A stretch of DNA of 64,000 bases from a bacterium (GTDB lineage Bacteria > Bacillota_I > Bacilli_A > RFN20 > CAG-826), in the NCBI GenBank assembly GCA_963605025.1, contig CAVCSZ010000003.1, forward strand, positions 9,201 to 73,200, read 5' to 3'. The notes below the pieces were generated by a model. The model did no database searches. It was not told where the DNA came from and worked only from the letters and a program-made list of their open reading frames with translations. A program made the translations under genes and the position numbers. Of this stretch, positions 18,281-28,211 are shown in pieces. The stretch's first letter is position 1; each line of letters begins with the position of its first letter.

Positions 18281-19492
18281 ATGGCTAATGTAAAATTAAC
18301 AAATGTTAAAAAAGTCTATCAAGGTGGTGTTGTTGCTGTTGAAGACTTTAACTTAGATATTAAAGATAAAGAATTTATTGTTTTCGTTGGTCCTTCTGGT
18401 TGTGGTAAATCTACTACATTAAGAATGATTGCAGGACTTGAAGATATTAGTGGTGGTACTATTGAAATTGATGGTGAAGTCGTTAATGATTTACAACCAA
18501 AAGATAGAAATATTGCTATGGTTTTCCAAAACTATGCATTATATCCTCACTTAACAGTATTTGAAAATATGGCTTTCGCTTTAAGACTTAAAAGACCAAA
18601 GATTTCAAATGATGAAATTTATGAAAGAGTTACTAGTGCTGCTGAAACATTAGGTATCACAGATTTATTATTAAGAAAACCAAGAGCATTATCTGGTGGT
18701 CAAAGACAAAGAGTTGCTATTGGTAGAGCTATGGTTAGAGATTCTAAAGTCTTCTTAATGGACGAACCTTTAAGTAACTTAGATGCTAAATTACGTAATC
18801 AAATGCGTGCTGAAATTATTCTTTTACGTAAAAAAATTGATACAACATTTATTTATGTTACTCACGATCAAACTGAAGCTATGACTTTAGGTGATAGAAT
18901 CGTTATCATGAAATTAGGTAAAGTTCAACAAGTTGGTACTCCTACTGAATTATTTGATATGCCAAAGAATTTATTCGTTGCTGAATTCATTGGTGCTCCA
19001 AAAATGAATGTTTTCAAAACTAATTTAGTTTATGAAGATGGTCAATATTATGTCACTCCATTCGGTTCTAAAATCTTAGTAAGTGGAGAAAAAGCTCAAC
19101 TTTTAAGAGATAAAGGTATTGAATCAAGAGAAATTTTATTAGGTGTTAGACCTGAACATTTAGTATTATCAAAAGAAAAAGGTGCAAATACAATTTCTTC
19201 AAATTTAGAAGTCAATGAAATGATGGGTAGTGAAAATCACTTACACTTAAATGCATTTAATCCAAATTCAAGTGAAGCTGAAACTGGATCAAACAAAGTT
19301 ATTTTAAGAGTTCCTACATTAAATTTAACTCAAGAAGAAAAAGAATCACTTGTTCCTGGAAAAGAAATTTATTTCACATTCTCAGGAAAAGTCATGCATT
19401 TCTTTGATCCAGAAACTGAAAATAACCTTTTAGTTGATGATCCAAAGGTTGAAGAAACTTCTGAAGTTGAAGAAGAAATTAAAGGTGAATAA
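18281..19492 (+). CDS. Sugar ABC transporter ATP-binding protein (MalK/MsmK/MsmX-like)
   Basis: Walker A GPSGCGKST, signature LSGGQRQR, Walker B FLMDEPLSNLD, and a C-terminal regulatory (TOBE) domain. Confidence 0.85.
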   Translation: MANVKLTNVKKVYQGGVVAVEDFNLDIKDKEFIVFVGPSGCGKSTTLRMIAGLEDISGGTIEIDGEVVNDLQPKDRNIAMVFQNYALYPHLTVFENMAFALRLKRPKISNDEIYERVTSAAETLGITDLLLRKPRALSGGQRQRVAIGRAMVRDSKVFLMDEPLSNLDAKLRNQMRAEIILLRKKIDTTFIYVTHDQTEAMTLGDRIVIMKLGKVQQVGTPTELFDMPKNLFVAEFIGAPKMNVFKTNLVYEDGQYYVTPFGSKILVSGEKAQLLRDKGIESREILLGVRPEHLVLSKEKGANTISSNLEVNEMMGSENHLHLNAFNPNSSEAETGSNKVILRVPTLNLTQEEKESLVPGKEIYFTFSGKVMHFFDPETENNLLVDDPKVEETSEVEEEIKGE

Positions 19493-19610
19493 TATTTATA
19501 AAAACAATAATATTTAAAATTTATAATATAAACGTTTTTATTAAAATTCATTCTAATTCTAATAGACATTATAAGCATTAAAATAAATGCTTATCTTATA
19601 AAAATAATTT

Positions 19611-19641
19611 TAAAAGAGAGCATTAAAAGCTCTCTTTTTAC
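19611..19641 (+). terminator. Terminator-like hairpin (aagagagc / gctctctt) ending 17 nt before the pullulanase start
   Basis: An 8-bp GC-containing stem followed by TTTTTA. It is preceded by an inverted repeat ATAAGCAT-N8-ATGCTTAT at 19571-19594. Confidence 0.4.
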
Positions 19642-19657
19642 TTAAAAGGACTATATT

Positions 19658-22291
19658 ATGAAAAATAAGAAAAAATTAATATTATTATTCTCAGTTATTA
19701 GCATGCTTACATCTTGCTCACAATCTAATGATCAAAATCCTTCAAAAGAAGAATTTAAAGAAAGCATTGGTTTTTCTTTTCATTATAATAGAAGTGATTC
19801 TAATTATAATTCATATAATATGTGGATTTGGGAAACTGGAAAAGATGGTAAAGATTATAATTTTAATGGTGTAGATTCATATGGAGCTTACATGAATTTT
19901 TCATGGAGTGATTTTACAAGTGACATTAAAACTAATGGAATTAATTTTATTGTAAAAGAAGCTAAAACATGGGCAGAAGGTGCTCAAAAAGACGTTGATG
20001 AAGATAGAAAAGTAGACTTTTCGAAATTAGAATTTTCAAAAGAAGATGGTTTATACCATATTTATTTAAAAGAAGGCGATTCAAAAATTTATGGGGTAAA
20101 AGAAGATATAGATGAACAAATTACTTCTTCTTATATGTATCAAGACTACACTAGTAAAGATATAAGAATTAAACTTGAAACAAATAAAGAATATAGTAAT
20201 ATTGAAATTAAAAAAGATAATAAATTAATTTATTCATTAAGTGATAATATAAATGAAAATATAATTACAAATTCAGGTTTAAAATTTGAATATAATTTAA
20301 AAAATACATTACCTGAATTTGATTCATTATATTTAATTAATGTTACATTTAAAGATTCTAATAAAACTAAAACATCTTTATTAGATCTTACTAAATTATA
20401 TAAATCTACATTATTTAATGAAAAATATACTTATAATGGGGAATTAGGTGCTATTTATACTTCAAGTTCTACTACATTTAAAGTATGGTCACCTGTATCT
20501 AAAAACATTGAATTAAGAATTTATAATTCAGGTACTCCTAAATCTATTTCAAGTTCAGGAGATGATTCTTATTCTTCTTATAAAATGGAGAAAGAAGATA
20601 AAGGTGTATTTACATATAAAATTGATGGAGATTTAGAAGGAAAATACTATACTTATGTAGTTACTAATAATTATTATAAAGAAGTTGAATTAGTAGATCC
20701 ATACGCTAAAAGTACTGGAATTAATGGCTTAAGAGGCATGGTAGTAGATTTTTCTAAAACTAATCCTGAAGGATGGGAAAATTTAAAATTAAATGAAATT
20801 AATCCTTCTAATTTAACTGTATATGAAACTCATATCGCAGATTTAACTTCTTCTTCCACTTGGAATGGTACAAAATCTAATTCTAAAACTTTTAATGGAT
20901 TCTATGAAACTAATACTAAATATAAAGAAGATTCTATAGAAGTTAAAACTGGTTTTGATCATATTAAAGAATTAGGTGTTAATGCTGTTCAATTATTACC
21001 AATATTTGATCAAGCTAATGAAGAAGATATTAATTCAAGAAGTTTTAACTGGGGTTACAATCCATTAAATTACAATTCATTAGAGGGTTCTTATTCTTCA
21101 AATCCATATGATGGATACACTAAAATTATTGAATTTAAAAAATTAGTTAAAGCTTATAATGAAGCAGGAATTAATATTATTATGGATGTAGTTTATAATC
21201 ACGTAAATTCTCTTGATACATCTTCATTTAATTATTTAATGCCTTATTATTATTTTAGATACAATAATTCAAAAGTTTCAAATGGATCTGGATGTGGTAA
21301 TGAAACTGCAAGTGAAATGCCAATGTTTAAAAAATTTATTAAAGATTCTACATTATTTTGGGCTAAAGAATATAAATTAGGTGGATTTAGATTTGATTTA
21401 ATGGGTTTACATGATTTAGATACAATGAATGAAGTTTCTTCATCTTTACATGAATTAAATAAATATATTGTTATTTATGGAGAACCATGGACTGGAGGAA
21501 CAACAACTCTTCAATCTAATTATCAAGCAATACAATCTAATTTATCAAAGTTTAATGGTTTTGGATGTTTTAATGATAAAATAAGAGACGCTTTAATTAA
21601 AGGTGGATTAAGTGCTAAAACTGATAAAGGCTGGATTAGTGAAACAAATAAAAAATCTTCTACTATTGAAATTGAAAATGGTATTAAAGGATTTCAAAAT
21701 AGTTATTATAAATCTGATTCTTATAAAACAGTTAATTATGTAACTTGTCATGATAATTATACTCTCTATGATAGATTAAAAGCATGTGGAATTAATGATG
21801 ATGAAACAATTAAAAATATGTCGATACTTGCTAATTCAATTGTATTCTCATCACAAGGAATTTCATTCATGTTATCAGGAGAAGAATTATTAAGAACTAA
21901 AAATGGTAATTCTAATTCTTATAATGCAAGTTATGAAACTAATGAAATTAATTATTCTTTAAAAATAAAGAATCTTGACTTATTTAATAATTATAAAAAA
22001 TTAATAAATTTAAAACATAATGAAAGCTTATTTAATAAAGATTTAGAAGAATGTTCTAATATAAAATTAATTAAAAATTCTAATGAATCATTAATATATT
22101 TTGATTTATTAGATGAATTAAATAATAGAAATTATCGTTTTATTTTCTCTAATGGATTAAAGGGTGATAAAACTATTGATTTAAATGGTTATAATTTATA
22201 TTTTGATTCATTAAATAGAGATGATTTAATTTTATCATCCAATACTTTAATAAATGATTTAGAAGCAGTTATTGTATATAAAGATCTTTAA
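19658..22291 (+). CDS. pulA: Type I pullulanase (GH13_14) lipoprotein
   Basis: Lipobox LTSCSQ. N-terminal CBM41/CBM48-like region. GH13 motifs VVYNHV, GGFRFDLMG, YGEPW, VTCHDN. Confidence 0.85.
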   Translation: MKNKKKLILLFSVISMLTSCSQSNDQNPSKEEFKESIGFSFHYNRSDSNYNSYNMWIWETGKDGKDYNFNGVDSYGAYMNFSWSDFTSDIKTNGINFIVKEAKTWAEGAQKDVDEDRKVDFSKLEFSKEDGLYHIYLKEGDSKIYGVKEDIDEQITSSYMYQDYTSKDIRIKLETNKEYSNIEIKKDNKLIYSLSDNINENIITNSGLKFEYNLKNTLPEFDSLYLINVTFKDSNKTKTSLLDLTKLYKSTLFNEKYTYNGELGAIYTSSSTTFKVWSPVSKNIELRIYNSGTPKSISSSGDDSYSSYKMEKEDKGVFTYKIDGDLEGKYYTYVVTNNYYKEVELVDPYAKSTGINGLRGMVVDFSKTNPEGWENLKLNEINPSNLTVYETHIADLTSSSTWNGTKSNSKTFNGFYETNTKYKEDSIEVKTGFDHIKELGVNAVQLLPIFDQANEEDINSRSFNWGYNPLNYNSLEGSYSSNPYDGYTKIIEFKKLVKAYNEAGINIIMDVVYNHVNSLDTSSFNYLMPYYYFRYNNSKVSNGSGCGNETASEMPMFKKFIKDSTLFWAKEYKLGGFRFDLMGLHDLDTMNEVSSSLHELNKYIVIYGEPWTGGTTTLQSNYQAIQSNLSKFNGFGCFNDKIRDALIKGGLSAKTDKGWISETNKKSSTIEIENGIKGFQNSYYKSDSYKTVNYVTCHDNYTLYDRLKACGINDDETIKNMSILANSIVFSSQGISFMLSGEELLRTKNGNSNSYNASYETNEINYSLKIKNLDLFNNYKKLINLKHNESLFNKDLEECSNIKLIKNSNESLIYFDLLDELNNRNYRFIFSNGLKGDKTIDLNGYNLYFDSLNRDDLILSSNTLINDLEAVIVYKDL

Positions 22292-22297
22292 TAATAA

Positions 22298-22330
22298 ATC
22301 AGTGTATTTCAAAATACACTGATTTTTTTA
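22298..22330 (+). terminator. Rho-independent terminator after the pullulanase gene
   Basis: Stem atcagtgtattt / aaatacactgat followed by TTTTTTT. Confidence 0.6.
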
Positions 22331-22363
22331 TTAAATAATTAAAATATTTGATATAATTTAAAA

Positions 22364-22452
22364 GGAGAAATACCCAAGAGGCTTAAGGGGTTGGTTTCGA
22401 AAACCAATAGATCAGAAATGGTGCGAGGGTTCAAATCCCTTTTTCTCCGCCA
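22364..22452 (+). tRNA. tRNA-Ser (anticodon CGA)
   Basis: Acceptor ggagaaa/tttctcc, anticodon stem ttggt/accaa with loop uuCGAaa, long variable arm, T-loop ttcaaat, 3' CCA. Confidence 0.85.
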
Positions 22453-22492
22453 ATAAAAAAATAAAGCACTTTTATAATTATAAAAGTGCTTT

Positions 22493-23116
22493 TTATTTAC
22501 TTTTACATATAAATTCATATGCTTTCTTTTCTTTAGAATATCTATTTATATTTACTTTAAAATAATGAAATTCTTTAAAAGTAGAAAAATATTTATTCAT
22601 ATCTATATCATTAAAGAATCTTTTATTATAACCATTAACGTAATAAAAATTATCTTCTATTTTTATTCCATCATTTATTCCATAATTATAATCTTCAATT
22701 GAATTTACTCTTCCTAATAATAAACCATCATCTTTTAATATTCTTTTTATTTCATTAATAATTTTTTTAGTAGTTTCATCATTAAAATAATGTAAAGATA
22801 AATCCGCTACTACTAAATCAAATTCATTATTTTTAAAAGGTAAAGGATTTGTAATATCAAATAAAATATTATTAACATTTTTATATTTATTATTAATAAA
22901 ATCTATTGAAGTTTTACTATAATCTAACGCTACTATATTATGATAATTATTATTTAATAAATATTTAATATTATTTCCTAATCCACATCCTAAATCTAAT
23001 ATTTTAATATCTTTATTTTTAAATAAATTTAAATATTTATCTAACCAGTTATCACTAATTACTTCAGAATTAATATATTTTAAATGTTCTTTATTCCAAT
23101 AATCATCATAATTCAT
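22493..23116 (-). CDS. Class I SAM-dependent methyltransferase
   Basis: Motif I ILDLGCGLGNN, with motif II/III spacing. Confidence 0.7.
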   Translation of the reverse strand: MNYDDYWNKEHLKYINSEVISDNWLDKYLNLFKNKDIKILDLGCGLGNNIKYLLNNNYHNIVALDYSKTSIDFINNKYKNVNNILFDITNPLPFKNNEFDLVVADLSLHYFNDETTKKIINEIKRILKDDGLLLGRVNSIEDYNYGINDGIKIEDNFYYVNGYNKRFFNDIDMNKYFSTFKEFHYFKVNINRYSKEKKAYEFICKSK

Positions 23117-23174
23117 AAATATATTAAATAAAATTTTAATTCTTTTTTCTACTTAAATCATTATAATATTTTAT

Positions 23175-23771
23175 ATGAATATTAAAGAATGTTTAACTAG
23201 TGAAGAAAAAATAAAAAGAATAGAAACTAAAGAATTTAGATTATATCAAAGAAATGCTTCTAAATTATGTTATAAATATAATAAAACTAAACCAAATGAA
23301 TTAAGTAAAAGAAAGAAAATACTTAATAAATTATTAGGTACATCTTCTAATCAAGTAATTAAACCTTCTTTTAAATGTGATTATGGTTTTAATATACATT
23401 TTAAAGGATTTGCATTAATAAATTATAATTGTGTAATGTTAGATACTTCTCCAATTCATATAGGAAATGGAGTATTAATAGGACCTAATACTACTTTAGC
23501 GTGTGCAGGACATTCTTTAGATTCTATTCAAAGAATAAATGGTTATTCTACTAGTGCACCTATTATAATAGAAGATAATGTATGGATAGGCGCAAATGTA
23601 ACTATTTTACAAGGAGTAACTATTGGAAAAGGAAGTGTAATCGGAGCAGGAAGTGTAGTAAATAAATCAATTCCTGAAAATGTAGTAGCAGTAGGTAATC
23701 CTTGTAAAGTAATTAGAAATATTACTGAAAATGATAAAATTAAAGAAGAAGATTTATATAATTTAGATTAA
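23175..23771 (+). CDS. Sugar O-acetyltransferase (maltose/galactoside acetyltransferase-like, hexapeptide repeat)
   Basis: Mac-type N-terminal domain followed by left-handed beta-helix hexapeptide repeats (IGNGVLIGPNTTL, IGANVTILQGVTIGKGSVIGAGSVV). Confidence 0.75.
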   Translation: MNIKECLTSEEKIKRIETKEFRLYQRNASKLCYKYNKTKPNELSKRKKILNKLLGTSSNQVIKPSFKCDYGFNIHFKGFALINYNCVMLDTSPIHIGNGVLIGPNTTLACAGHSLDSIQRINGYSTSAPIIIEDNVWIGANVTILQGVTIGKGSVIGAGSVVNKSIPENVVAVGNPCKVIRNITENDKIKEEDLYNLD

Positions 23772-23795
23772 AAAAAGTTAGTTTTTAAACTAACT

Positions 23796-24353
23796 TTATT
23801 TTATTTTTAATCCTTCTTTAAAAGCATCACCTACTACTTCACCTAAAGAATAATATTTATGATTACTAGCGTCATACGTAATAGGATCTAATTTCTTAAC
23901 ATTAATTTTATTATTTTCTAAAATAGAATCATCTGCTAAAACATTAATAATTTTTAATAATAAAAAGCAATTTTCTTTATCATATGATTCTACTTTACAT
24001 TCTACACATAAAGGTAATTCTTTAAAATATGGAGCATCTACATGAGGAGCTTTTAAAGGAGTAAATCCTGATTTTTTAATCTTTTCTTCGTCTTTTAATC
24101 CTGTTTTAATGCCAACATAATCACTACTTATAACAGTGTTTTTAGTAGCAAAAGATACTGTTAATTCTTTCTTTAATAATAAGTTTTTAGTAGTTTTATG
24201 ATCATCACCCATACAAATAAATAATTTATCATCATATGCAATTCCACCCCATGCAGCATTCATAGCGTTAGGAATATTATTTTCATCATATGTTCCTACA
24301 ATAAATACTGGTTCTGGATAAATTAAAGGTTTAACACCTAAATCTTTCATCAT
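23796..24353 (-). CDS. Flavin reductase-like domain protein
   Basis: The N-terminal region matches the flavin reductase-like FMN-binding fold (PF01613-like). Confidence 0.55.
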   Translation of the reverse strand: MMKDLGVKPLIYPEPVFIVGTYDENNIPNAMNAAWGGIAYDDKLFICMGDDHKTTKNLLLKKELTVSFATKNTVISSDYVGIKTGLKDEEKIKKSGFTPLKAPHVDAPYFKELPLCVECKVESYDKENCFLLLKIINVLADDSILENNKINVKKLDPITYDASNHKYYSLGEVVGDAFKEGLKIK

Positions 24354-24369
24354 ATTTTATAGTCTCCTT

Positions 24370-25446
24370 TTATTTAATTGGTTTTCTAAAGAATTTACCA
24401 TATACTTGATTAGCTACTAAAACACTAATAAAACAATCTGGATCAGCTTTTTTAGCAACTTTTACTACTTTTTTACATTCATTTTTTCTAACTGTAACAT
24501 TTACTACATAAACATCATTACCTGTAAATCCTCCACTTCCTTTAATTAAAGTACATCCATGAGGAATATTTGCAATAATAACTTGTGATAAATTTTTACT
24601 TTTAGTAATAATTTGAACATTTAATTTCTTATTAAATACATTAATACTATCTACTACTAAAGTTGTAGTAATCATATATAAGAATGTATACATTAAAATA
24701 ATAATTGCAGTAGCAGGTTCAATACTAATAAAATCTTTTCCATTTACTAATCCACCTTCTAATGTTGATAAAATAGTAAATGTACCTACTACTATTAAAT
24801 TAATTACAGCACTCCATTTTCCTACTCCTACTGATTTCTTTTCACTGATATAATAAGCAATAATATCAGTACCTCCAGCAGTAGAATCTACTAAATAACT
24901 TGTAGCACTTGCAAATCCTGTACATAATCCTGCAAAAATAATTCTAGCAACAGGTTGAAGATAAACATATTCTGATATTTGAGTAATTAAATCTCCTTCA
25001 TTATTAGGAAGAATAATACCAAAAATAGTAACACATAAAACATTAAATAATGTAACAATACTAAATTTTTTACCTATTTTAATAAATCCAAATATTAATA
25101 AAGGTACATTAATTAAAAAATATGCTACGAAATTAGTAATATATTGATTATTAGGGTCTTTAATAAATTCTAAACCAGATAATTTTAATATTTGTAAAAT
25201 TGATTGGGAAATTCCACTAGCACCACAACTTGCTAAAGATCTAATTGCAGTTACATCATTAGCAATTTCTTGATTACTAAAAGCACTATAATTTGGTTGA
25301 ATAAATGTCTTAAAACCAAAACTAAAAACAAAAGCTCCAATAACTGTTACTAATATAATATAAATATCATTAGCAATATTTTTTTGTTGTGGATGATCAA
25401 AAAAATAATCTATAATTTTTTTCTTTAATCTTTTAAAATAATACAT
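24370..25446 (-). CDS. YitT-family membrane protein (DUF161 plus DUF2179)
   Basis: Repeated hydrophobic segments and a C-terminal soluble domain, as in Firmicute YitT/YqfU proteins. Confidence 0.6.
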   Translation of the reverse strand: MYYFKRLKKKIIDYFFDHPQQKNIANDIYIILVTVIGAFVFSFGFKTFIQPNYSAFSNQEIANDVTAIRSLASCGASGISQSILQILKLSGLEFIKDPNNQYITNFVAYFLINVPLLIFGFIKIGKKFSIVTLFNVLCVTIFGIILPNNEGDLITQISEYVYLQPVARIIFAGLCTGFASATSYLVDSTAGGTDIIAYYISEKKSVGVGKWSAVINLIVVGTFTILSTLEGGLVNGKDFISIEPATAIIILMYTFLYMITTTLVVDSINVFNKKLNVQIITKSKNLSQVIIANIPHGCTLIKGSGGFTGNDVYVVNVTVRKNECKKVVKVAKKADPDCFISVLVANQVYGKFFRKPIK

Positions 25447-25600
25447 AAAAAAAGTTTAGTTAAAAAAATTAATAAATACAAGAAAAATTTAAAAAAGTTT
25501 ATACCATTTTTTGTTGTTTTCTAGTATAATCTTTATTGACATTAAAAATGTCCTATTTTTTATGTCATTATTAATTCAAAAATGAGGTAAATCAAGATAT

Positions 25601-26485
25601 ATGAAAGTATTAAAAATTATAGCTAAACCATTTGTTGCTTTATGGAATTGGATAAAAGAAACAGCTTGGGTACAACCATTACTTATTGTTGGATGTATCT
25701 TCGGTATTATTTTATCAATCCCTTATATTTCATCTGGTATTCAAAATTTAATTAATCAAACAGAATCACATTTAAAATATTTTGAAAAATCATATCTTTC
25801 TTTAGAAGGTAGCAAACAAGGACAAGAAAATAGTGCTGCTAATAAATTCTTTGATTCATTCGTTGAAGCTCAAGAAGCTTGGACAAGTGGAGATAAAACA
25901 AAAGCTCAAGAAGCTTTAAAAAATTATAGCGGTGAAAATAAATTCTTCTTATTCTTTGTTCAAGAAGATTGCTCATCTTGTAAAAATTTAAAATTAGGTG
26001 CTGAATATTTAGAAAATAACTGGAATAACTATGTTGGTCTTGATGGAGAAAAATATGCAAGTTATAGATTCCAAGCTATTGAAGTTGATCAAACATTTGA
26101 TGATGATTATTACACAGAAGAAAATAGAAAACCAATTGATGATTTAGTAGCAAGTAACTCTTATTTAACTTTCTATAGAACAGCAATGTCTATGGTAGAT
26201 AAACAAAATTATTATATTAATTTAGCAGATTCAGATTCTACTAAAGCAACTACTTTAATTGATAATACAACAGGATTAAATGATTCTAGTAAAATTCAAA
26301 CTCCTACTTGTATGATTATTGATTTATCTAGTGATAATACAACTGAATATATTATTTCTACAATATTCTATTCAATTCCTTCTCCTGCAGATAGTGAAAA
26401 TGAAAAAATGAATATTGAATGTAGTAAACTCTTAGCAAATGCTTGGATGGGTAAAGAAGACTTCGAAAATAAATTAAATAAATAA
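25601..26485 (+). CDS. Membrane-anchored hypothetical protein with a single CxxC (CSSC) motif
   Basis: N-terminal transmembrane helix. FFLFFVQEDCSSCKNL resembles a thioredoxin-fold active site. No other recognisable motifs. Confidence 0.35.
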   Translation: MKVLKIIAKPFVALWNWIKETAWVQPLLIVGCIFGIILSIPYISSGIQNLINQTESHLKYFEKSYLSLEGSKQGQENSAANKFFDSFVEAQEAWTSGDKTKAQEALKNYSGENKFFLFFVQEDCSSCKNLKLGAEYLENNWNNYVGLDGEKYASYRFQAIEVDQTFDDDYYTEENRKPIDDLVASNSYLTFYRTAMSMVDKQNYYINLADSDSTKATTLIDNTTGLNDSSKIQTPTCMIIDLSSDNTTEYIISTIFYSIPSPADSENEKMNIECSKLLANAWMGKEDFENKLNK

Positions 26486-26522
26486 TTAAAAAATGTATCT
26501 CTAGTGAGATACATTTTTTTAT
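26486..26522. terminator. Bidirectional rho-independent terminator between convergent genes
   Basis: Stem aaatgtatctc / gagatacattt flanked by an A-run and a T-run. Confidence 0.55.
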
Positions 26523-27379
26523 TTCATATAAACTTTATAACTTAATACGTCTTCAATTACTTCTCCATCAATTTGTAATGCAGTAGGTGAATTGAAACTT
26601 ACTTCAAATAATCTTCCAGTATGAATACTTGCAATTTTACTTTTAGTGTGTTTGCCTTTAAATATTTTAGGGAAAGTTAATAATACTTTTAATCTTGATT
26701 TAGAATGTACACAAACATTAGTTAATAAATCACTATTTCTATTTTGAAGAGGTGCTACCATCATACCTCCTCCATAATATTTACCTTTCATAGTAGCACT
26801 TATTATTGTGTGATCAAATTCTCTTACTTCTACTCCATCTACTTTTAATGTAGAATAAGGAGCTTTATAACCTTTAAATAATAATCCTACAGTAATTTTT
26901 GAATAATCTATATCTTTACAACCTTGTTTTTTTAATTCTTCTGCCTTTTTACAACATTCTCCATCAATTCCATAACCTATTCCATTTATAAAACGATATG
27001 TAGAACCTTTTACTTCAATAATAGGAAGAGATTTTAAATAATTATTTAAAGAAATAAGTTTAGTGTTTTTATCTTGATATTCTTTAACATCATTATAAAA
27101 ATCATTACCACTTCCATAAGGATATAAATATAATTCACATGGTAATTCATTATCAATAGGAAGATGATTGATTTGATAATTAATAGTTCCATCTCCTCCT
27201 ATTATAATAGCTTTATCAGTATGTTCTAATTGAGGTATAAAATTAGATAAATCTCTTTGTGAAGAAGAAATTAAAGTTATTTTTTCTTTTAATGATTCTT
27301 CTAATTCATTTTTAATTGATTCAATTGAATCTACAATTTTACCAGAGTTTGCTTTTTCATTATAAAATAAATATATCAT
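26519..27379 (-). CDS. Diacylglycerol/lipid kinase family protein (DagK/YegS-like)
   Basis: IIGGDGTINYQ catalytic-domain motif and overall DAGK_cat architecture. Confidence 0.7.
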   Translation of the reverse strand: MIYLFYNEKANSGKIVDSIESIKNELEESLKEKITLISSSQRDLSNFIPQLEHTDKAIIIGGDGTINYQINHLPIDNELPCELYLYPYGSGNDFYNDVKEYQDKNTKLISLNNYLKSLPIIEVKGSTYRFINGIGYGIDGECCKKAEELKKQGCKDIDYSKITVGLLFKGYKAPYSTLKVDGVEVREFDHTIISATMKGKYYGGGMMVAPLQNRNSDLLTNVCVHSKSRLKVLLTFPKIFKGKHTKSKIASIHTGRLFEVSFNSPTALQIDGEVIEDVLSYKVYMK

Positions 27380-27380
27380 A

Positions 27381-28208
27381 TTAATTCTCCTTTAAATATT
27401 CATACAATTCGTTATATACATTAGATGATATAGTTTTAGCGTCGTCTTCTTTATTAAATTCTAATACATTTAATACTTTAATTTCTACTATTGTTTTCTT
27501 AAAAGGTGCATTTTTACTAATTTTTTTAGTATTTTTTAAACCTACTACTACAATTGGTACTCTACTTCTTTTAGCAATATCAAATACTACTGGATGAAAA
27601 TCTAATAATATTTTATCACTAGTTTTATTTCTAGTACCTTCAGGACATACCCCTATATTACATTCATTATTATTTAAATAATTAATTGCTTTTCTAAATG
27701 CTATTATTGATTCTAATGGATTTTCTCTATTAATAGGAATAAAACCTGTATGATGAATCATTGGACCTGCTATAGGGAAATTCATATTTTCTGGTTTAGA
27801 AATCCACGCCATTTCTTCATTTTTCTTTCTTAAACATTCTATTAAAACCATTTGATCAAAATTTGATACATGATTACATACTAATAAATATTTTTTATCC
27901 TTAGGTATTTTATCAAAATCAATCTTTTTACATTTAACTCTAATTAAATGTAAAAAGAAAATATTTGATTCTTTAACAATCCAATAATAATACTTATTAA
28001 AATGTTTAATATCTTTATTAGTTTTTAAAAATAAACCATGAATAAAAATAATAAATAACCATAATGCATAAATTAATACATAAAATAAAGGGATAAAAAT
28101 TATTCCTAAAAAGATAAAATAAATATTAGAATTATTACATATTAAATAATCTAAATATCCTGAAATTAATATTGATAATATTAAAATAACAATTTCTAAA
28201 ATACACAT
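27381..28208 (-). CDS. plsC: 1-acyl-sn-glycerol-3-phosphate acyltransferase (PlsC family)
   Basis: N-terminal transmembrane helices, HxxxxD box (NHVSNFDQ) and CPEGTR motif. Confidence 0.7.
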   Translation of the reverse strand: MCILEIVILILSILISGYLDYLICNNSNIYFIFLGIIFIPLFYVLIYALWLFIIFIHGLFLKTNKDIKHFNKYYYWIVKESNIFFLHLIRVKCKKIDFDKIPKDKKYLLVCNHVSNFDQMVLIECLRKKNEEMAWISKPENMNFPIAGPMIHHTGFIPINRENPLESIIAFRKAINYLNNNECNIGVCPEGTRNKTSDKILLDFHPVVFDIAKRSRVPIVVVGLKNTKKISKNAPFKKTIVEIKVLNVLEFNKEDDAKTISSNVYNELYEYLKEN

Positions 28209-28211
28209 ATT

